The notes beneath the pieces were generated by a model, which did not search any database, was not told the DNA's origin, and saw nothing but the letters and a program-made list of their open reading frames with translations. The translations under genes and the position numbers were made by a program. From the IMG/VR virus record IMGVR_UViG_3300013383_000017, positions 1 to 64,000 of that record: a stretch of 64,000 nucleotides of DNA; one strand, given 5' to 3'. This DNA is from a virus (Duplodnaviria; Caudoviricetes). Numbering within the stretch: the stretch's first letter is position 1; every line of letters begins with the position of its first letter. Positions 1 to 7,213 of this stretch are shown piece after piece.

Positions 1-321
1 AGTTTTTTCGGTTAGGGCATACCAATTTGTTTTAAGCATTTTGTTATTGCTATAATTCCCCTTAATTATATAATTACCCTCTAAAAGTTTATTTATGGCG
101 GTTTTTAATTTCTGTTCTGTTAAATACGGGAAGATGGTTAGGATGTTTCTTCTACTTGTAAAAAACCATATATACCCATCTTTTAACATATCTTGATTTT
201 CGGCATTTAATTGATGCCAAAAAAGGAAGTGTTGTAAGATTAAACACTCCTCTAATCCTATCTCTGTCGCTAATTGAACAGAGAAAGAATGTGTGGTGTG
301 GTTTTTTTCGCTCATATTCAT
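1..321 (-). CDS. Phage replication initiator / replisome organizer, N-terminal part (runs off window start)
   Basis: Not in the ORF track. My translation is MNMSEKNHTTHSFSVQLATEIGLEECLILQHFLFWHQLN...DGYIWFFTS...IFPYL...NWYAL, the typical winged-helix N-terminus of phage replication initiators. Confidence 0.7.
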   Translation of the reverse strand, partial: MNMSEKNHTTHSFSVQLATEIGLEECLILQHFLFWHQLNAENQDMLKDGYIWFFTSRRNILTIFPYLTEQKLKTAINKLLEGNYIIKGNYSNNKMLKTNWYALTEKT

Positions 322-324
322 TTT

Positions 325-461
325 AAAAAACAACCCTTTCTTTCGTTGCAGTCCCACTACCTACTACAATTACTCAAAAGGGCGTTAAATTTCTATTTTT
401 AGTCAGTAGCGGTTGACTTTTTCTAACTACAAAGGTAAAAATAAAATTCGATTTATGCAAA
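325..461 (-). promoter_or_regulatory. Bacteroidota-type promoter plus attenuator-like leader for the replication gene
   Basis: -7 box TACCTTTG at 437-430 and TTTGCATAAATCGAA at 461-447. The leader has an AACGCCCTTT...AAAGGGTTGTT stem followed by a T-run just before the ATG. Confidence 0.6.
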
Positions 462-980
462 TTCAAACAACTGGTTTTCGCTATATCTGTCTTTTATTTT
501 CGCAATCTCGGACAAAATGGCCTTAATTATTGCGCTATTGTTCGTCTGCTTGTATATCCCCTCATCGTCGTATTCTCCTTGTATTGGGGATAATCCCAAT
601 ACCGCCTGTTCTATATCTACAAGTGCAGCATAGATAGCATCTCTTTCGTTATAGTACTTACCCTCATATCGTGCACCACGGCAAAAGCCACTTCCACCGC
701 ATTTGCTTAAATCGTATGCAATCCCATAGTCCCACTTGCCCATAGGGTTCTCACAAGTAGATATTATTATTTTGCATCCCCTTACTTCGAGGTCTATTGG
801 AGTGTTAGGTGTAAGGCATACATCGTTGATATTGTACTCATAGGTCTTATACCTAAAAACAACCTCATCTCTGCTATTGTAGTAATGGCTTTTGCAGTAC
901 TCCCACCATTCCTCTTGCGTAAACGCCTTGTTTAGGCACTTGCACACTAAAAATATATCTTTTTCCATCTTTCGTTCCAT
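453..980 (-). CDS. Hypothetical phage protein
   Basis: 175-aa ORF co-oriented with the operon. Confidence 0.7.
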   Translation of the reverse strand: MERKMEKDIFLVCKCLNKAFTQEEWWEYCKSHYYNSRDEVVFRYKTYEYNINDVCLTPNTPIDLEVRGCKIIISTCENPMGKWDYGIAYDLSKCGGSGFCRGARYEGKYYNERDAIYAALVDIEQAVLGLSPIQGEYDDEGIYKQTNNSAIIKAILSEIAKIKDRYSENQLFEFA

Positions 981-1053
981 TGTTCTATTCGTATTATGCC
1001 CTCAAACGGATTTTAAGGCACATAGGACGCGTTTATAATCTTTTTTGGTGTAA

Positions 1054-1419
1054 TTACTCGTCTTTGACTTTCATCGCGGTTTTAGACGGGTTTTTGAACT
1101 TCGGCAATTCTGCAAACATTTTTGCCTTTCCCTTGACCTCCTCTTCGCGATGCTCGTTACCCTTAATCCTAATCTTATTATTGTTCTTTAAGCGATACCA
1201 CATAAAGAACTTTTGATGCTCATTAATCCAAAATTCTCGCTCTTCTTTATCTAACTCCCTAAAAGGGAAAGCATACAACATTGTATGCTCTCTCTTTATT
1301 CCTCTCAATAGGTTCTCACGGAACTTTGGGTTCTTTTGGTATTGGCACAACAATTCATAGAACCTATCGTACCATGGCTGACTTGCTATATATCTTGCTA
1401 CATCTTCGTATGTTCTCAT
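1054..1419 (-). CDS. Hypothetical protein (QPW-DRFY family, also present in part B)
   Basis: N-terminus (YIASQPWYDRFY...F..WY) resembles ORFs 45001-45552 and 44331-44912. Confidence 0.7.
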   Translation of the reverse strand: MRTYEDVARYIASQPWYDRFYELLCQYQKNPKFRENLLRGIKREHTMLYAFPFRELDKEEREFWINEHQKFFMWYRLKNNNKIRIKGNEHREEEVKGKAKMFAELPKFKNPSKTAMKVKDE

Positions 1420-2087
1420 TTGCCAATCATTTTAACTTCACTGACCATATTCACATTCCCCGTTGTTTCATTCGGGATAAGACTGACAACAGGAAAGCGA
1501 CTTGCTCTCGGATTGTCAGACTTTACAAAGGTAACATTTAAGTCGCAAAGAACGCCACTGATGTGCCCATTCTGCTCTAACAAAGCATCGAAAGTATCTC
1601 GGATGTGTGGGATGCTACTCGCTACGGCTTTGGTTTCAAAAGTCCATACGCCGTAAATCTTATCCACCATAGGCAACACTACATTGAGCGTCAGTGTTAC
1701 CTGCCATCCTGTCTTACTCGGATACTTCTTCTCTATTTGCTCCATAAGGTTAGGCGTATCGTTAGTATTGCACTTAACCCTGCGTTGTGCTTTCTCGCTC
1801 CATACCCAAAATTCCTCTCCATCTCCCTCTGCTATCTTCTTACCTGCATTGTCCCTATATACATAGTTCTCCCTGCATACTTGTTCGGGGTCGTCACTCG
1901 GAAAGTACACAAGCAAAGTACTTGCATGCGGATACACCGCTTCAAAGAGTGGCGCATACTTACCCGTCGCCACAAAATAGTCTATACTCTGCGGAAAGCC
2001 CCTATCGCTCTTAATCCCGCACTTTATCTTACCTAATCGAGGAGGTAGCGGACTGACCGCTACTTCCCTTTTAATTCTTCCGTTCAT
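1416..2087 (-). CDS. Gp3-like / recombination-directionality-factor-like protein (probable recombination partner of the exonuclease)
   Basis: PRLGKIKCG..GFPQSIDYFV N-terminal motif; adjacent to the exonuclease. Confidence 0.6.
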   Translation of the reverse strand: MNGRIKREVAVSPLPPRLGKIKCGIKSDRGFPQSIDYFVATGKYAPLFEAVYPHASTLLVYFPSDDPEQVCRENYVYRDNAGKKIAEGDGEEFWVWSEKAQRRVKCNTNDTPNLMEQIEKKYPSKTGWQVTLTLNVVLPMVDKIYGVWTFETKAVASSIPHIRDTFDALLEQNGHISGVLCDLNVTFVKSDNPRASRFPVVSLIPNETTGNVNMVSEVKMIGK

Positions 2088-2093
2088 AAACTA

Positions 2094-3170
2094 CTAAAAT
2101 AGTGTATCGAAATCATCATCTAATGTCGTTTCATCTACTTCTTCTGCGTCTACCTCTGCCCTATGTTGCTTTACAAGGTCTGCAAGATTATAGACTTGTA
2201 CATTGTTGCCTGCATCCGCTTTGAGGTCTATAACTCCACTGATGTTCACTATCTTCCTCTCTTTCTCTTCCTCGCAAGCATACAAAGCCAATATATAAGG
2301 CACTTTTGCTATTGCAGGGTTCTCCGTCTGCTCCTCGAAGTTGTAGGATGGTTGCTTCTTTGCAGTGCCCATCCACTCCTTTGGTGCAATGTTAAATATC
2401 CTCTCAATTGGAGTATCGGGGAAACTCTCATTCCACATTTGGCGATAGATGTCAAGTTGTTGCGCATAACTATCGTAAAAACCCTTTTTACCGCTCTTAA
2501 AGTCGATTATAGCGTCGAGCCTTTGCCCGTACTTCGCTTTCGCTTGTGCGACCTTTTTAGCGTCCTCTCCTGCCTTTTCTACTGCTTCCCTTTCCTTGTC
2601 TATTGGATACTCTCGGATGTTCGCCACGAGGTCTATCATCCCTGCACATCCAAGTGTCGGACTGCATAGGGCAATCTCCACTGCGTATGGACGCACATCG
2701 TAATCCCTCATCCACTTTGCAAATGCTACAATATCTGCCTTTGCTTCCTCTATATGGCTCTCAACAAAGCCGTAAGGTAGTTTCTCCCTCTCTACATATT
2801 TGTCGAGTAAGTCCTTAATCTCATCAAGATTGAGGGTTTGAGCAATTATCAACTTCTCGATAAGAGAGTGTAGGAATGTACCATAGGATGCACGCTCGTT
2901 AGTGTAGTCCTCTGCGGCTTCCTTGCCAAGTCGCATCTTCCACTCTGTGAGTACCTTGTTTTCAGGTGCACACTTGTGGAGAATAGTAGTGACAGACGGG
3001 AAGAACACGGGTTCTCCGTCTGCGTTGAAGAAGTAATAATACCTCTCGCCCTTTGAGTTTAGTTGGTAGAGTTTATACGCTACCTCTTTTAGTTGCGTTG
3101 CGTTGAAGTACAACGCTTTCATCTGCTCGGCAGTCGTGCCGAAAGCAATTTGTAATTGACCTTTTTCCAT
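2094..3170 (-). CDS. PD-(D/E)xK phage exonuclease
   Basis: Motifs PSVTTIL, GTFLH, AVE, AGMIDLV, IIDFKSG, QLDIY; acidic tail. Confidence 0.85.
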   Translation of the reverse strand: MEKGQLQIAFGTTAEQMKALYFNATQLKEVAYKLYQLNSKGERYYYFFNADGEPVFFPSVTTILHKCAPENKVLTEWKMRLGKEAAEDYTNERASYGTFLHSLIEKLIIAQTLNLDEIKDLLDKYVEREKLPYGFVESHIEEAKADIVAFAKWMRDYDVRPYAVEIALCSPTLGCAGMIDLVANIREYPIDKEREAVEKAGEDAKKVAQAKAKYGQRLDAIIDFKSGKKGFYDSYAQQLDIYRQMWNESFPDTPIERIFNIAPKEWMGTAKKQPSYNFEEQTENPAIAKVPYILALYACEEEKERKIVNISGVIDLKADAGNNVQVYNLADLVKQHRAEVDAEEVDETTLDDDFDTLF

Positions 3171-3172
3171 TA

Positions 3173-3433
3173 TTATTTTTTTGAAGTTTCTATTGGACGG
3201 ATGCTAACTACTCTATCGTAATCAGAGTACCAAAATTCTCCTTTGTAGTTAGTACGAGGGATGAACCTATCCCCCTTAATCGTCATAAACTGACATTTGA
3301 GCGGATGCATACACTCTATAACACCGCCGTATGTGGTGTTATCCCACGCGCTCGGTGCTTTCCACTCGTATGCCGTTATCCCTTTTTGTGCAAGAGAAAG
3401 GACTAAACTCTTCGTCATAATTTGCCATTCCAT
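3173..3433 (-). CDS. Hypothetical protein (probable start MEWQ at 3433)
   Basis: AT-rich leader with a promoter directly upstream. Confidence 0.6.
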   Translation of the reverse strand: MEWQIMTKSLVLSLAQKGITAYEWKAPSAWDNTTYGGVIECMHPLKCQFMTIKGDRFIPRTNYKGEFWYSDYDRVVSIRPIETSKK

Positions 3434-3457
3434 AACTTTATATGTTTTTATTTTTTG

Positions 3458-3489
3458 CAAAGGTATGACAAAAATTTGAATTATGCAAA
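3458..3489 (-). promoter_or_regulatory. Promoter TTTGCATAATTCAAA...TACCTTTG
   Basis: Matches the Bacteroidota -33 TTTG / -7 TAnnTTTG consensus. Confidence 0.8.
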
Positions 3490-3497
3490 TAATTTAG

Positions 3498-3588
3498 AAA
3501 AAAACCTCCCATCGTGTCGTGCCGATAGGAGGAAAACATAAAACACTTATATACATTTAAAGATTTTGGAAGAGCATTCACTGCTATT
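3498..3588 (-). ncRNA. Candidate sRNA 3 (~90 nt)
   Basis: -7 box TATCTTTG at 3601-3594; ends in hairpin CCTCCTATCG/CGATGGGAGG plus T7. Confidence 0.6.
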
Positions 3589-3602
3589 CTCAACAAAGAT
3601 AT

Positions 3603-3689
3603 AAAAAATAAAGCAAAGAGCATTCTCTGCTGTTTGCTTTTGTCAGTTAACACATTAATAATCCAATAACCATTTGTATATGAATAGTC
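3603..3689 (-). ncRNA. Candidate sRNA 2 (~87 nt)
   Basis: -7 box TACCTTTG at 3702-3695; ends in hairpin AAAGCAAACAGCA/TGCTCTTTGCTTT plus T-run. Confidence 0.6.
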
Positions 3690-3704
3690 TTTTGCAAAGG
3701 TAAT

Positions 3705-3828
3705 AAAAAACGGAAAAAGTTGCAAGCGAGGCGACTTTCTCCGTTATACCTTTATCATCTCGACAGAGGATTTGAAGATGCGTTAAAAATTTGAATGTTA
3801 TGAAAAAATGTAATTCAATTCAATTTGC
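3705..3828 (-). ncRNA. Candidate sRNA 1 (~125 nt)
   Basis: -7 box TACCTTTG at 3841-3834; ends in hairpin ACGGAGAAAGTCGC/GCAACTTTTTCCGT plus T-run. Confidence 0.6.
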
Positions 3829-4299
3829 TATTGCAAAGGTAAACAAATTATACGAAATTCCAATACCTATGTAAGGTTTTATTTCACCACAATACCCAAT
3901 TCCTACTTGTAAGCCTACCGACATTTTTGGTTTTTCAAACCTTGTAGTGGTTCGATAAATAGTTGTGGGATACACTTCTATACTCTCTAATCGTGGCTCG
4001 TATCCACTGACTACTGCCTTGTAAGTAGTGTCAGCATAAATTTTTATTTCTCGTGGCAAAACTACATAGGTAGTGTCTTTCCGCACTATCGTATCTCTTA
4101 CTGCTACCCACATAGTGTCCACTACTCTGTGCTCGATTTCTACGGGTTTGTAGAGGGTTATAGTATCTCGGACGATAGTTTCCTTTACTTCGGTCTTTAT
4201 CTCCGTTTTAGGCGGTCTAAAATAGGCAAAGAGGGGCAATGCTACCACTGCCCCCAATACCATACCAAAGACTATGTTCTTTATTTCAGTAAAAGACAT
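3820..4299 (-). CDS. Spanin-like lysis accessory membrane protein
   Basis: N-terminal TM segment, VRDTI/DT repeats, C-terminal beta strands (GLQVGIGY..PYIGIGISYNLF); lies in the lysis module. Confidence 0.6.
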   Translation of the reverse strand: MSFTEIKNIVFGMVLGAVVALPLFAYFRPPKTEIKTEVKETIVRDTITLYKPVEIEHRVVDTMWVAVRDTIVRKDTTYVVLPREIKIYADTTYKAVVSGYEPRLESIEVYPTTIYRTTTRFEKPKMSVGLQVGIGYCGEIKPYIGIGISYNLFTFAIAN

Positions 4300-4553
4300 A
4301 TTCCAATCGCTATAAGTATCCCCAAAGCATCAAAGATAGCATCGTGGATAGTTGCCTGCTTCGTCTGCTTCTTAAAGGCTACATCAGTGGCTTCCTTGAA
4401 GAAAGCACAACCAACGGCTACCATTGTCCCTGCAATAGGGAATACACTTGGGTCTGCCAATGCGAAAGTAACTACAATCGCATAACATACGAGGAAGTGA
4501 AGCAATCCATCGACTGCCATGTACTTCCAAATAAGGTTAAAAATCTTTTTCAT
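4281..4553 (-). CDS. Small multi-TM membrane protein (DGLLHF...KE family; VanZ-like or holin candidate)
   Basis: Three hydrophobic segments; close homolog at 42499-42774. Confidence 0.65.
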   Translation of the reverse strand: MKKIFNLIWKYMAVDGLLHFLVCYAIVVTFALADPSVFPIAGTMVAVGCAFFKEATDVAFKKQTKQATIHDAIFDALGILIAIGICLLLK

Positions 4554-4593
4554 ATTTGTATTGATTTTTTAATCCCACCGAATTCGGAGGGTT

Positions 4594-4962
4594 TTATTCG
4601 TAATAATCCCATATTACTTCTTGTGGCAAATTCTCGTCGAAATCCGCGTGGATGAAAGTCTTGCCTATGCCTATCCTCGTGCAATAGTTGTCCAACAAGG
4701 CTCGTATTATCTTGAACCGATTGGCACTGCTCGTGCATTTTATATCCAATGCCGTCCCTCTCGTGTGTGCAGAGTTGCCACTCCTGCCGTGTTTCTTATC
4801 CCATTCTACACTTCTATATGCAGAGTTAATTACAAGCGGTATGCCTGCATCCTCCCTCACTCGGTCAAAGAGTGCCATTGCATCTGCGTCCATATCTTGT
4901 AGACTACACGGAGGGTCGCACCTGCGGAACTCCTTTTCACTAAAATACTTGCTCTTAATCAT
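4594..4962 (-). CDS. Endolysin, peptidase M15A family
   Basis: INSAYRS, SAHTRGTALD and FIHAD zinc-ligand motifs. Confidence 0.9.
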   Translation of the reverse strand: MIKSKYFSEKEFRRCDPPCSLQDMDADAMALFDRVREDAGIPLVINSAYRSVEWDKKHGRSGNSAHTRGTALDIKCTSSANRFKIIRALLDNYCTRIGIGKTFIHADFDENLPQEVIWDYYE

Positions 4963-5552
4963 AGGTTTACATTGTGATAAAAGTCTAATTTAATCTTCGC
5001 AAAAATGGTTTCGATGTTCGTCCTCATCAATCCATTCTCGTGGTCAGAATATACCTCCGTTTCTACCTGCGTGGCTAATAGCGGTATCCACTTCGGGTCA
5101 GTGTAGCAAGATAGTTTCTTCCCCCGATAGGTGAAACAATCGAGTTTGGAATTCCTATCCTCGTGGGCATTGGTGCATAGATTTTTGATTTTTGCTTTCG
5201 TTGCATCTTGGTCTGCAATATGGTTCTCGGTCTTTACCCTTACTATCATCTTTAAGGTGTTTTCAATCCCTAAATCAAACACAAGATTGCTAATCGTCTT
5301 TATCCTCAACTGCGTTTCCACTTTCAACCCCTCTGCGATGTCGTCTAACTTCTCGTTCTGCGACTTTGTTTCAGTGACAAGACTTTCCATCGCTTTTCTC
5401 TGCGTGCTCATTGTGTCGTTTATGACCTTTATAAACCACTTAAAACACGCAACCATAAGCAACGCGGATAGAACCAAGAAAAACCCTGCTGAAACGGCAA
5501 GCATACCGAAATCCGATATGCTATGTGCCGTATTGATTGCGTTGTCTATCAT
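4959..5552 (-). CDS. Holin-like single-TM membrane protein
   Basis: N-terminal TM helix plus coiled coil, directly upstream of the endolysin. Confidence 0.5.
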   Translation of the reverse strand: MIDNAINTAHSISDFGMLAVSAGFFLVLSALLMVACFKWFIKVINDTMSTQRKAMESLVTETKSQNEKLDDIAEGLKVETQLRIKTISNLVFDLGIENTLKMIVRVKTENHIADQDATKAKIKNLCTNAHEDRNSKLDCFTYRGKKLSCYTDPKWIPLLATQVETEVYSDHENGLMRTNIETIFAKIKLDFYHNVNL

Positions 5553-5563
5553 TTCCGTTCCTC

Positions 5564-6232
5564 CTATGCAAGTGTCCAACCCTTTGCAGTGGCGGCGGTC
5601 TTCTGCGCTTCCGTCACCTTTGCAAGATTGGTTTCACCAAGCGTTAGTGTCTTACCCGTTACCTCTTTGAGGTGTGAAAGTATATAATCTATGCTTTCTG
5701 CATCCAAAGGACAATCCGATAGAGTGAGGTCGCAACCAATGTTATCCACTCTCATATAAGATAGTTTTGTGCAATGGGTAAAAGCATTTGCCGCACTTGT
5801 AACCGCTCCAAAGTCTACTGAACCACTTATCGGAAACTGCGTTAGTGCTGTACAACCAAAGCACAAGTTCGTTATATTGGTTACCTTTGATGCGTTCAGT
5901 GATGGTACGGATGTAAGTGCTATGCAGTTGTAAAACATATTACTCATATTCGTTACCGCTTTGGTGTCTATGCTCTCTATGTCAATCAAGTCTTGACAAT
6001 CGTAAAACATAGCCGCACAAGTCGTAAGGGATGCAAAGACAAGTTTAGGAAAATGCGTTGCCGTACTTCCTTTGAATTTCGTTCCATCGGGTAAGGTAGT
6101 CCCCGTAGGGATTGCCTTAATCCTTGTGGCATAGTTTGCCAACACCTCGTCACAAGCCACGCCCTTGCTTGTTATTGCGCTCTTGATGCTTGCTTTTGAA
6201 GTCTTTATGCTTGTTATCTGTTCTTCTACCAT
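5564..6232 (-). CDS. BspA/DUF285-type leucine-rich-repeat protein (tail-associated)
   Basis: DTKAVTNMSNMFYNC-type repeats; AT.KGWTL C-terminus. Confidence 0.75.
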   Translation of the reverse strand: MVEEQITSIKTSKASIKSAITSKGVACDEVLANYATRIKAIPTGTTLPDGTKFKGSTATHFPKLVFASLTTCAAMFYDCQDLIDIESIDTKAVTNMSNMFYNCIALTSVPSLNASKVTNITNLCFGCTALTQFPISGSVDFGAVTSAANAFTHCTKLSYMRVDNIGCDLTLSDCPLDAESIDYILSHLKEVTGKTLTLGETNLAKVTEAQKTAATAKGWTLA

Positions 6233-6236
6233 AGCC

Positions 6237-7196
6237 CTATCCTATTATTTCGTCCAATTGCTCACTTACTGATTGTAGGCTCGTTGTGCCCTTTATCAAA
6301 GTCCCATCTGCCTGCACTTTGATGCAGATTGCATCTTCGTAGTTGTTAGTGTTCTTCACTAACTGACCAAACCACTCCGTACCAATCTTGTGCAGAGTAC
6401 CTGCATAGAGGTCGTTGTAGGTGCAGTGCATCACTTGTGCAGTAGGGATTTTCGATAAGTAGACTTCGAGTTGTGCCTTGTTCGACAAAGTGGTGTCAGT
6501 GAAAGGCACTGGCGTGTAAGAGTACTTGATTGCATCTAACATCTCCACAACCTCATTTGAGGTCTTTTCAAGGAAATAATTGTCTGCACTGAAAGTCACT
6601 TCTCCCGTTGAAGTGTTCACATTCATAGGATAGTGCTTGCTTTCGTTTATGTCCGTCACTATACCGCTCAAAAGAGTGCCCGTACCGATATTAAGAGTGC
6701 CAAAGTATTCGGCTTCGTTGTCGGTCAAGACAATAGGGATTGAGTAGCCATTTGTGGTTTTTATCCCTGCATCTGTTAGTATCTTTACAAAGGCTGTTAT
6801 TGCCGTTTTATTGGCGGCATTTTGACCCGTTGTAAGGGTTATAGGAGCAAAAGCATTGACTGCCTTTGCTTTTGTGTTCACCTCGTTGATTTTTTCATTC
6901 ACATCGGTGGTCTTTGCATACCCCAAAGCCTCAACCTTTCCCTTAATCCAAGTCCATAAAGAGGAAAGTGGGCGTCTGTGATATGTAGTGGTTTCTGTTC
7001 CCCCACTTGTATATTGTGAGATGAAATAGTCGGCATCCACGGGTGCTGCTATTCCCGTACTCAACTTGTTTATAAGCCCGTTCAATCCACTTTCCGTGTT
7101 GTTTACCTTGCCCGTTATCTCCGTTTGTAGGCTCGTTGAAAGTTTCTCCTTGCTAATGCTTTTATCTATTATCGCATCGGGATTTAATTTTGTCAT
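6237..7196 (-). CDS. Tail fibre / adhesin protein
   Basis: Thr/Gly-rich; located in the tail fibre module. Confidence 0.6.
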   Translation of the reverse strand: MTKLNPDAIIDKSISKEKLSTSLQTEITGKVNNTESGLNGLINKLSTGIAAPVDADYFISQYTSGGTETTTYHRRPLSSLWTWIKGKVEALGYAKTTDVNEKINEVNTKAKAVNAFAPITLTTGQNAANKTAITAFVKILTDAGIKTTNGYSIPIVLTDNEAEYFGTLNIGTGTLLSGIVTDINESKHYPMNVNTSTGEVTFSADNYFLEKTSNEVVEMLDAIKYSYTPVPFTDTTLSNKAQLEVYLSKIPTAQVMHCTYNDLYAGTLHKIGTEWFGQLVKNTNNYEDAICIKVQADGTLIKGTTSLQSVSEQLDEIIG

Positions 7197-7213
7197 CTTT
7201 CAGTCCTCCTTAA

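Noticed and set aside
2094-3170. Cas4 / CRISPR adaptation gene
   Set aside because: It lacks an obvious four-Cys Fe-S cluster pattern and sits in an ordinary phage recombination context.
3438-3725. 95-aa minus-strand ORF across the sRNA array
   Set aside because: It has a TTG start, runs through two terminators and three promoter boxes, and has no recognisable protein features.
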